This document shows, one piece after another, positions 26,580 to 35,498 of a stretch of 64,000 nt of DNA. The notes beneath the pieces are model-generated. The model did no database searches. It was given only the letters and a program-made list of their open reading frames with translations, and was not told the DNA's origin. Position numbers and translations under genes: made by a program. The stretch spans positions 5,184 through 69,183 of the forward strand of contig JABDAR010000004.1 of assembly GCA_013289085.1 (NCBI GenBank), read 5' to 3'. How positions within the stretch are numbered: position 1 is the stretch's first letter; each line of letters starts with the position of its first letter. This DNA is from Gammaproteobacteria bacterium (GTDB lineage: Bacteria > Pseudomonadota > Gammaproteobacteria > JABCZS01).

Positions 26580-28415
26580 ATGCCAAAAAAGAAAGGCCCA
26601 CTTGAAGAGGGCGATAAATTATTTGATCAAAAGAATTTTGCAGAAGCAAAGATTAAGTATCAACAAGCCGTCCTTTCTGGCAGCGCTGCGGCCAGAAACA
26701 ATTTAGGTATTATTGCGGTAATAAATGATGAATATAATGACGCTTATCGTTTATTTTATGAAGCAATGCTCGCAGGCGATGTAGATGCTCTTCATAATCT
26801 TGGCGCATGCTATGAGTATGGAATTGGCGCTCCAGAGTATATCCCTTGCGCCATACATTATTACGCTAGAGCGTCAATGGCGGGGAATGATCCAGCCACA
26901 AAAACATTTGAAAATTATATAAAGGCACAAGCGCAAGAATTAGCCAATACATTGCTTGCATCCGAGACTTCACAGATAACAGATATTATCGAGTCAAAGA
27001 TAATACAATCTGTTATTCCAGATAATGTCATGACGCCTTTTCAATTATTAAAACATCCTACTAATCGCAAGGTTGTTACCAGTATTTTGCGAGAAGCACA
27101 AAAATGTATTGTAAAATCCACATCTCCTAAAGTATTGGCAATTCTTTCCCAATTGTTTAGATATGAATTTGTCATTCATGATTATAGATATAATAGTGAT
27201 CGAAATTTAGGCATAAATTGGGGTAAGGTGTACGATTTAATTAAAGAATTTCAAAGATATCAAAATTATCTGGAGAAGAACCGTGCATCTAAAGCAAACG
27301 TATTTAAATCCATATTTAATACCTTAAAGATTGAATTTTTAACAAGCACACAACGAAAGTTTATTTATAATGATTTTTTAGTTGAGATTAATAATGAAGA
27401 TTGGCAATTGTCAGATGCGTGCAAACGATTGGCAAAGGAATTTGCATCGATGATTATAGGAGCTAAGCCACCTATCAGTATTCTTGAAATACTTGATGTC
27501 AATACCGATCTTGATAATCAATTGGCTAGAGCAGTTATACCTAAATTGCCCTATAAGGCTAATTTAAAAACAATAGAAATATTTAAACACCCTGAGAATC
27601 GTGAAATCGTTGAAAATGTATTGGATGAGGCTGTAGATACCTTAATGAGGTCTTTGACGATTGGCAATGCTGTAAAATTAATTGCGCTACTTGAGTTTAA
27701 AGATAAAATATTTGGCTTAGAAATAGCGCCGTTGTTTTTCATGAAAATATTACATGATTTAAAATTGGTTTGCCCAAGTAATATGATATGGGTATTGGAA
27801 CGATTGGAAAATATCTCGTGTCAGAATGTGCGTGATAGCAATGGTTTTTATACCATAATGGATAGAATGGTGGCGGTTATCGACCCAAACAGCGTTGATG
27901 ATATTTTGAAAGAACTAAGCCATGCCATCACCAATATGGTTACTGCTATTCATGCAACGTCGCCCAATACAGTATTATGGAAACAAGCACGACACATTTT
28001 AGCAGAATATCGTATGGCATTGATTGCTTATATGTATCAAAGGACAAATCAATTGGATCCAATTGTTGAAATAATGTCAAAAGAAAATGATCTTTCTGCT
28101 AGAAATAATTGGCCAGTTATTTTTTCTAAATTACCTAGACCACCAGAAGGGGTGGATCGTTTAACTTTCACGAGTGATGCGATGTGGTTTGTAACTACGC
28201 TCAAAGGTTCTAAATTAATTGTTTTAAATGACACGCATAGTAATTTACTAAAAAATGTTAATCACCTCCAAAATTTTATTGAATCTTACGATACTTATCT
28301 TATCCAATTAGAAAAGGGTACAAATACTTCTAAAAAAATCACACCTTCGAGGAGTAGCACCCCTCAAATCCCAGCAAAGAACTCATCTACCGATGTTAAG
28401 AGTTTATTAATTTAG
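26580..28415 (+). CDS. Sel1-repeat (SLR/TPR-like) protein with a long unique C-terminal region containing an internal duplication; effector candidate
   Basis: Sel1-like units AARNNLGIIAV...AYRLFYEAMLAGDVDALHNLGACYEYGIGAPEYIPCAIHYYARASMAGN. Internal repeat FQLLKHPTNRKVVTSILREAQKCIV (about nt 27050) versus IEIFKHPENREIVENVLDEAVDTLM (about nt 27580). Confidence 0.6.
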   Translation: MPKKKGPLEEGDKLFDQKNFAEAKIKYQQAVLSGSAAARNNLGIIAVINDEYNDAYRLFYEAMLAGDVDALHNLGACYEYGIGAPEYIPCAIHYYARASMAGNDPATKTFENYIKAQAQELANTLLASETSQITDIIESKIIQSVIPDNVMTPFQLLKHPTNRKVVTSILREAQKCIVKSTSPKVLAILSQLFRYEFVIHDYRYNSDRNLGINWGKVYDLIKEFQRYQNYLEKNRASKANVFKSIFNTLKIEFLTSTQRKFIYNDFLVEINNEDWQLSDACKRLAKEFASMIIGAKPPISILEILDVNTDLDNQLARAVIPKLPYKANLKTIEIFKHPENREIVENVLDEAVDTLMRSLTIGNAVKLIALLEFKDKIFGLEIAPLFFMKILHDLKLVCPSNMIWVLERLENISCQNVRDSNGFYTIMDRMVAVIDPNSVDDILKELSHAITNMVTAIHATSPNTVLWKQARHILAEYRMALIAYMYQRTNQLDPIVEIMSKENDLSARNNWPVIFSKLPRPPEGVDRLTFTSDAMWFVTTLKGSKLIVLNDTHSNLLKNVNHLQNFIESYDTYLIQLEKGTNTSKKITPSRSSTPQIPAKNSSTDVKSLLI

Positions 28416-28483
28416 ACAATAAGCATGGTTTTGAAAAATGACTCTATATGATATAGTGAATTTTTTTCTCTATGAGGTGCGTG

Positions 28484-30286
28484 ATGGGATGGTCAACTGA
28501 TGAAGAATTTATAGCGCTTGTGCATGACAAAGATCTAACTATCGAAGGACTCGCGCATCAATATGGTTCATATCGTGCACAGCTTAGTGAAACCAATGGT
28601 TCAGAAGAGGCGGTTTTACTCGGAAAATTTTTAAGAATACTTTGGACAGAATATCCCGAACCATCTGAGCTACTTATCGAGGCTTCGCCTGCAATGGTGT
28701 TTGAAGCACTTTATGCAATGACGCGTTTAGATGATTTAAAGCAAAAACCTCAAAACGATGAATTAAAAAAATTAAATAAACTGATTGAGCTATTAAAGCA
28801 ACAGAATAAAACCTTTTTAAAAGACTATAAAACAGATACAGATGCTGTAAATAATTATAAAGCTTTTGATGATGATTCATGGGTTTTATTTGAATATTTA
28901 AGCATTCTCATCAAACGTAATCCACAATGTACAAATGAAGATCATGTATTTGCTGATCGTTTAATGAATATTTATAATGCTGTTAGAGCAGATAGGCAAA
29001 AAAGTGTGGCTAGTGCACCTCAAGAAGAGCAACGGCTCGTTGTTATTGCTAAACCACCTGCAAATACTGCACAGCCTATTGAGACTCCTTCAACTATTGT
29101 TGCCGACTCCATTGAAGACAATAAAAACTCCAGCAATAATACACCACCAGCTGAAAATAATAATACTCAAAATAATCACCATAAACATAAGCCCAAAAAG
29201 AAAAATAAACACACCCATAAAGAATCATCAAGCAGAAATGAAAAACCTAAAGAACAAGCGAATGTCTTACTGCAAGAAATACATAAGTTAAAACCGACTC
29301 AGGATACTTTAATAGGTGACGCTTGGGATAAGTTTTTTTTAGTGCTCAGTGAAGCACTTAAGCAATATTTGCCATATAAGAATAATGATCTTCAATCTAA
29401 TGTTTTGCTCATGCATGAACGTAACGAGGCTGAATTTAAAAGAATTATTCTTGAAGCCATTAAATTTACCCAATTAAATGATTTGACGGCTTTTCCTGAT
29501 AAGCAGCTTTTATTAGTAATCATTGGTAAATTTAATGATCGTTGTATTCAACTAAAACACGATACTGTTGCTATCTCATTAGCAACTATCCAGAAATATT
29601 TTGAAGATCCTAGTCCTGTAATATGGAAGAATAGAGCGAGCAGTCAAACAACTAAAGATCATATTTTTAATAAGAACTTTCCAAATACTGCTATACAACA
29701 ATTAACCCTTAAGGACCGTTATGATTTACGTATGAAGTTTGTAAATGCAGTAAAACATTTACCAGCCATGCCTGGTCGTTCTGAATTAATCACATATTGT
29801 GCTAATAAATTGGGCCCTGAAGATGATCCAAGGCCTGCAACTCAACTTGAACCGCAACGTGCATCAGCTTCTTTTCATGTTCCACCTGGTTCAGAAAATA
29901 AACCTTGGGGAAAATTTATTGAAAATGTTTATAAAGTTTTTGAAAAAGATAACCCGCTGTGGAATGAAGATGGCAGTGACACCGAAATCGTCCAAAAATT
30001 GCAACCCATTTTAGAACAATTTAAAAAGGATTTTCCGACAGAAGCAGAGCGTGCGCAAGCACAACGGCATTTCATTAGTTTTATTCCTAGTAATGATTGT
30101 AAATTTGCTAAAGGTGCTGATAGATTTGCATGGTTGTTTCTTGAGGAGATGATCCCTCAATCCACCGCAAGTCTATTATCTCAACGGGAGGCTATTCGTA
30201 ATCTTAAAAAAGAAATTAATCAAACCAATACTCAGTATCAACAAGCTGAATCTTTATTAAAATCTTTATTTACTTACCAGAAATAA
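28484..30286 (+). CDS. Hypothetical protein with an Asn/His/Lys-rich low-complexity, NLS-like segment; effector candidate
   Basis: Long ORF with no recognisable catalytic motif. Basic patch NNHHKHKPKKKNKHTHKESSSRNEKPKEQ. ATG 28484 (gagg 6 nt upstream) is preferred over 28472. Confidence 0.55.
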   Translation: MGWSTDEEFIALVHDKDLTIEGLAHQYGSYRAQLSETNGSEEAVLLGKFLRILWTEYPEPSELLIEASPAMVFEALYAMTRLDDLKQKPQNDELKKLNKLIELLKQQNKTFLKDYKTDTDAVNNYKAFDDDSWVLFEYLSILIKRNPQCTNEDHVFADRLMNIYNAVRADRQKSVASAPQEEQRLVVIAKPPANTAQPIETPSTIVADSIEDNKNSSNNTPPAENNNTQNNHHKHKPKKKNKHTHKESSSRNEKPKEQANVLLQEIHKLKPTQDTLIGDAWDKFFLVLSEALKQYLPYKNNDLQSNVLLMHERNEAEFKRIILEAIKFTQLNDLTAFPDKQLLLVIIGKFNDRCIQLKHDTVAISLATIQKYFEDPSPVIWKNRASSQTTKDHIFNKNFPNTAIQQLTLKDRYDLRMKFVNAVKHLPAMPGRSELITYCANKLGPEDDPRPATQLEPQRASASFHVPPGSENKPWGKFIENVYKVFEKDNPLWNEDGSDTEIVQKLQPILEQFKKDFPTEAERAQAQRHFISFIPSNDCKFAKGADRFAWLFLEEMIPQSTASLLSQREAIRNLKKEINQTNTQYQQAESLLKSLFTYQK

Positions 30287-30288
30287 AA

Positions 30289-30315
30289 AAAAGCCCCGAA
30301 CTTGGCGGGGCTTTT
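30289..30315. terminator. Bidirectional rho-independent terminator
   Basis: aaaaaaagccccg-aacttgg-cggggctttt lies between convergent genes: a GC stem with an A-run and a T-run. Confidence 0.75.
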
Positions 30316-30335
30316 AGTATCAAAGAAAATAACGA

Positions 30336-30833
30336 CTATTTAGCCATTTCTTTAAGTTTTTTCAAGGCAAGCACTTTGACAACATTACGTGCAGGTTTTG
30401 CTTTGAATACAGTCGGTTCACCAGTAAAGGGGTTAATGCCTTTACGTGCTTTAGTAGCAGGTTTATTGATAACTTTAATTTTTGCAAGGCCTGGCAATGT
30501 GAATAATTGTGGTCCACGACGTTTGATGTGTTGCTCAATGATTTCATAAAGAGTGTCTAACACGGCAACGACTTCTTTTTTGCTCACACCTGAAGATTCA
30601 GAAAGGGTTGTGAGTAATTGTGTCTTACTGTAAACGCTGTTTACGGCAGGAACAGGTTTTTTAACGATAGCAACAGCGGCTTTTTTAGCAGCAGGTGCTT
30701 TCTTAGCAACAACTTTACGTTTTGCGGCTGGCTTAGCTTTTTTAGCAGGGGCTTTACGCGTAACTTTTGCTTTGCTAGCTTTTTTAACAGTTGGTTTAGC
30801 TTTCGCTGATTTCTTTTTAACTGGCATTTCCAT
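30336..30833 (-). CDS. HU/IHF-family DNA-binding protein with an N-terminal histone H1-like Lys/Ala/Pro-rich extension
   Basis: The C-terminal 95 aa are a complete HU fold signature (SKTQLLTTLSE...FTLPGLAKIKVINKPATKARKGINPFTGEPTVFKAKPARNVVKVLALKKLK). The N-terminal 60 aa read KKSAKAKPTVKKASKAKVTRKAPAKKAKPAAKRKVVAKKAPAAKKAA. Confidence 0.82.
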   Translation of the reverse strand: MEMPVKKKSAKAKPTVKKASKAKVTRKAPAKKAKPAAKRKVVAKKAPAAKKAAVAIVKKPVPAVNSVYSKTQLLTTLSESSGVSKKEVVAVLDTLYEIIEQHIKRRGPQLFTLPGLAKIKVINKPATKARKGINPFTGEPTVFKAKPARNVVKVLALKKLKEMAK

Positions 30834-30916
30834 ATCTCCATTTAGTTTATTCAGGATATCCTATGTCTTTAAAATAGCATAATTTAGCCAGATTGTAAGT
30901 TTTTGAGAAAAAAATC

Positions 30917-30945
30917 TTGTATGATTGCGCAAGCTTCGGTAGAAT
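30917..30945 (+). promoter_or_regulatory. Candidate sigma70 promoter for rplM-rpsI
   Basis: ttgtat (30917-30922), a 17-nt spacer, then tagaat (30940-30945), about 35 nt upstream of the rplM start. Confidence 0.35.
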
Positions 30946-30979
30946 AACCCTTTTATTGTGAATTACAGGGGATTTGTCT

Positions 30980-31408
30980 ATGAAAACGATGAGCGCTAAA
31001 GCCCATGAGGTGAGTCGGCGTTGGTTTCTGGTGGATGCAACAGATAAGATTTTAGGCCGTTTAGCAGTCGAAATTGCTACACGTTTGCGTGGTAAACATA
31101 AGGCGATTTATACGCCACACGTGGATACGGGTGATTATATAGTGGTCGTCAATGCCGGCAAACTACGGGTTACAGGCAATAAAGCTACCGATAAGATGTA
31201 TCATCATCATACAGGTTTCCCAGGAGGCATTAAGTCTACCAGCTTTAATCAGTTAATAAGCAAACATCCTGAACGCGTGATTGAATTAGCCGTTAAAGGC
31301 ATGTTACCTAGAGGACCTTTAGGTAGAGAAATGTTTCGTAAATTAAAGGTTTATGCCGGTAATACTCATCCGCATACTGGACAACAACCTGAAGATCTTC
31401 CCTTATAG
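30980..31408 (+). CDS. rplM: 50S ribosomal protein L13
   Basis: [29 protein letters not shown]..., canonical L13. ATG 30980 is preferred over TTG 30974. Confidence 0.95.
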   Translation: MKTMSAKAHEVSRRWFLVDATDKILGRLAVEIATRLRGKHKAIYTPHVDTGDYIVVVNAGKLRVTGNKATDKMYHHHTGFPGGIKSTSFNQLISKHPERVIELAVKGMLPRGPLGREMFRKLKVYAGNTHPHTGQQPEDLPL

Positions 31409-31423
31409 TTTGTAGGAATAAAT

Positions 31424-31852
31424 ATGGCACAGCAGCAACAGTTTTATGGCACAGGTCGTCGCAAAAGTTCTACCGCACGCGTATTTTTACGTCGTGGAAC
31501 TGGTAAAATAAGTATTAATGAAAAAGCCTTTGAAGCTTTTTTTCAACGTCCTTCTCACCAGATTTTAATTTTAGAACCTTTAAAAGCAGTTGAATTAGAC
31601 GGTAAATTTGATTTAATCGTCACCGTGCGCGGTGGTGGAAATTCAGGGCAAGCGGGCGCTGTACGTCATGGATTAGCACGTGCACTTGTTGCCTATGATG
31701 AAGGTGAAGAAGGTTCTACCGGAAGTGGTGGCTTAGGCTTACGAAAAATTTTAGGTGGTTTAGGATTGTTAACACGTGACTCTCGTCGTGTTGAACGTAA
31801 AAAAGTGGGTCGTCCAAAAGCCCGTAAAGATAAACAATTCTCTAAACGTTAA
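31424..31852 (+). CDS. rpsI: 30S ribosomal protein S9 (with an extra Gly-rich segment of about 11 aa)
   Basis: YGTGRRKSSTARVFL, GGGNSGQAGAVRHGLARAL, C-terminal RKARKDKQFSKR. Confidence 0.95.
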   Translation: MAQQQQFYGTGRRKSSTARVFLRRGTGKISINEKAFEAFFQRPSHQILILEPLKAVELDGKFDLIVTVRGGGNSGQAGAVRHGLARALVAYDEGEEGSTGSGGLGLRKILGGLGLLTRDSRRVERKKVGRPKARKDKQFSKR

Positions 31853-31879
31853 TTATTATTGCTAAAAGGAAGACAGCAA

Positions 31880-32470
31880 ATGAGTGAACAGGATATTAAC
31901 GTCGGTCGTCGACGTTTTTTGACTGCCGCAACGACTGTTATTGGTGGAATTGGTGTCGCTTGTGTTGCTGTTCCTTTTATACGTTCTTGGGAACCTAGTG
32001 CGCGTGCAGAAGCAGCTGGGGCTCCGGTACAAGCAGATATAAGTAAATTAAGCGTGGGCCAACAACTTACTGTTGAATGGCGCGGCAAACCTGTTTGGAT
32101 TATTCATAGAACTAAAGCCATGCTGGAAGAATTACCCAAACTAGATTCACAATTACGTGATCCTTATTCAGAAGTCCCTCAACAACCCGAATATGCTAAA
32201 AATGAATACAGAGCTAGAAAAGCAGAGATTTTTGTAGCTGTGGGTTTATGCACGCATTTAGGTTGTGTGCCGACTTATCGTCCTGATGTCGGAAGTGTAA
32301 ATGATACCTGGCCAGGCGGTTTTTTCTGTCCTTGTCATGGTTCTTCCTTCGATTTAGCAGGTCGTGTGTTTAAAGATGTACCTGCACCCACAAATTTAGA
32401 GATTCCCCCGTATCAATATTTAAGTGATACCGTTATTCTCATTGGTGACGACAAGGAGAAAACTGCGTGA
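31880..32470 (+). CDS. petA: Ubiquinol-cytochrome c reductase Rieske iron-sulfur subunit
   Basis: Tat motif GRRRFL. Rieske boxes CTHLGC and CPCHGS. ATG 31880 follows aagga. Confidence 0.92.
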   Translation: MSEQDINVGRRRFLTAATTVIGGIGVACVAVPFIRSWEPSARAEAAGAPVQADISKLSVGQQLTVEWRGKPVWIIHRTKAMLEELPKLDSQLRDPYSEVPQQPEYAKNEYRARKAEIFVAVGLCTHLGCVPTYRPDVGSVNDTWPGGFFCPCHGSSFDLAGRVFKDVPAPTNLEIPPYQYLSDTVILIGDDKEKTA

Positions 32471-33687
32471 GTAAGATTATATCAGGACTAGTAGATTGGA
32501 TAGATGCACGCATTCCCGTAGTGAAAGCTTGGAATACGCACGTCGGCCAATATTATGCACCCAAAAACTTTAATATTTGGTATATTTTTGGTGTTTTAGC
32601 AATTGTAGTGTTGGTCATTCAATTTGTTTCAGGGATTTGGCTCGCCATGAGCTATTCACCTACAGAAACAGGTGCTTTTGCTTCCGTAGAATATATTATG
32701 CGTGACGTGAATTACGGTTGGCTTATCCGTTATATGCATACTACGGGTGCTTCATTCTTTTTCTTAGTGGTTTATTTACATATGTTTCGCGGCATTATTT
32801 ATGGCTCCTCGCGCAAGCCGCGTGAATTAGTCTGGCTGATTGGTATGGGTATTTTCTTAGTATTAATGGCTGCTGCGTTTACGGGTTATTTATTACCTTG
32901 GGGACAAATGTCATTTTGGGGCGCGCAAGTGATCACCTCATTATTTAGTGCTATTCCCTATATTGGCGATAGTTTAGTGTTATGGATACGCGGTGACTAT
33001 AACGTATCCGGTGCAACCCTTAATCGTTATTTTGCGCTACATGTAGTTGTATTCCCCATTATCTTGCTGATACTCGTATATTTACACATTATCGCTTTGC
33101 ATACGGTGGGTTCTAATAATCCAGATGGCATAGAAATTAAAAACCTTAAAAATGCGGAAGGTCATCCTGTTGATGGCATTCGTTTTCACCCTTATTATTC
33201 AGTAAAAGATTTAGTGGGCGTGATAGTCTTTTTGATTATTTTTGCTGCGGTGATGTTTTTTGCACCAGAAATGGGCGGCTTCTTTATTGAATATCCTAAT
33301 TTTACGCCTGCAGATTGGCTTAAAACGCCAGAACATGTGGCTCCTGTTTGGTATATGACTCCATTTTATTCCGTGCTGCGTGCTGTGCCTGATAAAGTAG
33401 GTGGTGTGATGGCCATGGGCGCTGCAATTGCATTTTTATTCATCATTCCTTGGTTGGATCGTTCTCCGGTTAAATCTATTCGTTATCGCGGTAATTACTT
33501 TAAAATTGCGATCACTGTGTTTGTGATTAGTTTTATTGTGCTGGCTTATTTGGGTACCCAAGCACCAAGTGAAGCAAAAACTATGTTAGCACGTGTTTTT
33601 ACCATCACATATTTCTTGTTCTTTATCTTAATGCCGTTTTACACCCATTATGATAAAGTGAAACCAGTACCAGAGAGGGTGCGGTAA
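32467..33687 (+). CDS. petB: Cytochrome b
   Basis: GTG start overlapping the petA stop. Multi-TM with GASFFFLVVYLHMFRG and YLLPWGQMSFWGA. Confidence 0.95.
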   Translation: MSKIISGLVDWIDARIPVVKAWNTHVGQYYAPKNFNIWYIFGVLAIVVLVIQFVSGIWLAMSYSPTETGAFASVEYIMRDVNYGWLIRYMHTTGASFFFLVVYLHMFRGIIYGSSRKPRELVWLIGMGIFLVLMAAAFTGYLLPWGQMSFWGAQVITSLFSAIPYIGDSLVLWIRGDYNVSGATLNRYFALHVVVFPIILLILVYLHIIALHTVGSNNPDGIEIKNLKNAEGHPVDGIRFHPYYSVKDLVGVIVFLIIFAAVMFFAPEMGGFFIEYPNFTPADWLKTPEHVAPVWYMTPFYSVLRAVPDKVGGVMAMGAAIAFLFIIPWLDRSPVKSIRYRGNYFKIAITVFVISFIVLAYLGTQAPSEAKTMLARVFTITYFLFFILMPFYTHYDKVKPVPERVR

Positions 33688-34478
33688 TGTTAATGATTAA
33701 AAAGCTATGGATTGCGAGTTTATTTTACTGCTTAATGTTTGCACTGCCACAGGCATTTGCAGCAGGTCCCACCCATTACTTATTTGATATGCCTAAGATG
33801 GATCACTCGGATCAAGCGTCATTGCAACGTGGTGCAAAATATTACATGAATTATTGCAGTGGTTGTCATAGTCTACAATATATGCGCTATGACCGTATGG
33901 CACGTGATATGGGCATGACTGATGATAAAGGCGAAGTCTTAAGTGATGTCGTTAAAAAGAATTTAATGTTTACGTCTGATCGTATTGGCGATCAAATTAC
34001 TATTGCCATGCAACCTGAAGAAGCACGCCAATGGTTTGGTGTGACACCACCTGATTTATCGCTTACATCACGCTATCGTTCAGAAAAATGGATTTATAAT
34101 TATTTACTGTCTTTTTATATGGACAGTAAACGTCCTTGGGGTGTGAATAACGCATTATTTCCTGATGTAGCGATGCCAAATGTATTGATAAATTTACAAG
34201 GTGAACAACACCCCGTTTATACTAGCCATGAATTAGATGTGAATGGTCAAAAAGTCACTCATAAAACCATTACTGGTTTTGAATTGGTGAAGCCAGGTGA
34301 GCTATCCCCGGAAGAATTTAAAAGTGTAGTCTATGATATTGTGAATTTCATGTCTTATGTAGGCGATCCTGTTAAACTTGAGCGTGAACATTTAGGCACC
34401 ATGGTGATATTCTTCTTGCTAATACTTTTAGTATTTGCCTATTTATTAAAACGCGAATATTGGAAAGACATAAAATAA
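33687..34478 (+). CDS. petC: Cytochrome c1
   Basis: Signal peptide, heme motif CSGCHS, C-terminal TM anchor MVIFFLLILLVFAYLL. Confidence 0.9.
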   Translation: MLMIKKLWIASLFYCLMFALPQAFAAGPTHYLFDMPKMDHSDQASLQRGAKYYMNYCSGCHSLQYMRYDRMARDMGMTDDKGEVLSDVVKKNLMFTSDRIGDQITIAMQPEEARQWFGVTPPDLSLTSRYRSEKWIYNYLLSFYMDSKRPWGVNNALFPDVAMPNVLINLQGEQHPVYTSHELDVNGQKVTHKTITGFELVKPGELSPEEFKSVVYDIVNFMSYVGDPVKLEREHLGTMVIFFLLILLVFAYLLKREYWKDIK

Positions 34479-34491
34479 GTAAGGAACGCAT

Positions 34492-35133
34492 TTGGTTACA
34501 AACTCGCTGAATATCACTTTATATTCTGATGCATTAGGTCTTGATAGCCATTATTGTCGATTGATACTCGCGGAAAAAGATGTTCCGGTCAATATCATTG
34601 AAGTAAATGCCAATGCTTTGCCTGAAGATGTATTGCACCTTAGTCCTTATCAGCGATTGCCCTTATTAATAGATCGTGATGTGGTGTTGTATGAAACACG
34701 GATTATTGCCGAATATTTAGATGAACGTTTTCCGCATCCAGCATTACTACCTACGTATCCTGCCCAAAGGGCGAGTGCAAGATTATTATGTTATCGGATA
34801 TTTCGTGATTGGATCTCCTTAACTGAAAACATTTTAAATACAGATAATGTCACTATTAAGGCGCAGCAGGCAAAATTATTATCTGATGGTTTAACCGGTG
34901 TTATAGCATTATTTGCTGATAAACCTTTTTTTCTAAGTGATAGTTATTCACTTGCTGATTGTGCCTTAAGTGTTTTATTATGGCGGTTACCGATGCTGGG
35001 TGTTGTTTTACCTGCACAAGCTAAGCCTATTATTAAATATGCAGAACGTATGTTTAAACGTGAAGGGTTTACGCTGAGTTTATCAGCGCAGGAAAAACGA
35101 TTACCACAGTTACAAGCCTGGAGTATCGCATGA
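34492..35133 (+). CDS. sspA: Stringent starvation protein A (GST-like)
   Basis: TTG start. RLPLLIDRDVVLYETRIIAEYLDERFPHPALLP closely parallels the E. coli SspA core. Located directly upstream of sspB. Confidence 0.9.
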   Translation: MVTNSLNITLYSDALGLDSHYCRLILAEKDVPVNIIEVNANALPEDVLHLSPYQRLPLLIDRDVVLYETRIIAEYLDERFPHPALLPTYPAQRASARLLCYRIFRDWISLTENILNTDNVTIKAQQAKLLSDGLTGVIALFADKPFFLSDSYSLADCALSVLLWRLPMLGVVLPAQAKPIIKYAERMFKREGFTLSLSAQEKRLPQLQAWSIA

Positions 35134-35498
35134 CATCTAGTCGTCCTTATTTGATTCGCGCATTATATGAGTGGATAGTTGATAATCACTTAACGCCACA
35201 TTTATTGGTGAATGCAACACTTCCAGAAGTGGATGTGCCGCCGCAATATGTAAAAGAAGGTCGAATTGTTTTGAACATTGGCCCAAGTGCCATTGAAGAA
35301 TTACTGATTGCTAATCAAGCGATTACATTTAGTGCACGTTTTAACGAAGGTGTGTATGAACTTTATGTGCCGACTATTGCCGTGCTTGCAATTTATGCCA
35401 GTGAAAATGGTCGCGGTATGTTTTTTAGTGAGGAAGAAGAAGAGACGCCTCCACCCGAAAAACTTAAAAGAAAACCTAATTTAAAGGTAGTAAAATGA
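35130..35498 (+). CDS. sspB: ClpXP adaptor / stringent starvation protein B
   Basis: SRPYLIRALYEWIVDNHLTPHLLV, an acidic linker, and a C-terminal LKVVK ClpX-binding-like tail. Confidence 0.88.
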   Translation: MTSSRPYLIRALYEWIVDNHLTPHLLVNATLPEVDVPPQYVKEGRIVLNIGPSAIEELLIANQAITFSARFNEGVYELYVPTIAVLAIYASENGRGMFFSEEEEETPPPEKLKRKPNLKVVK

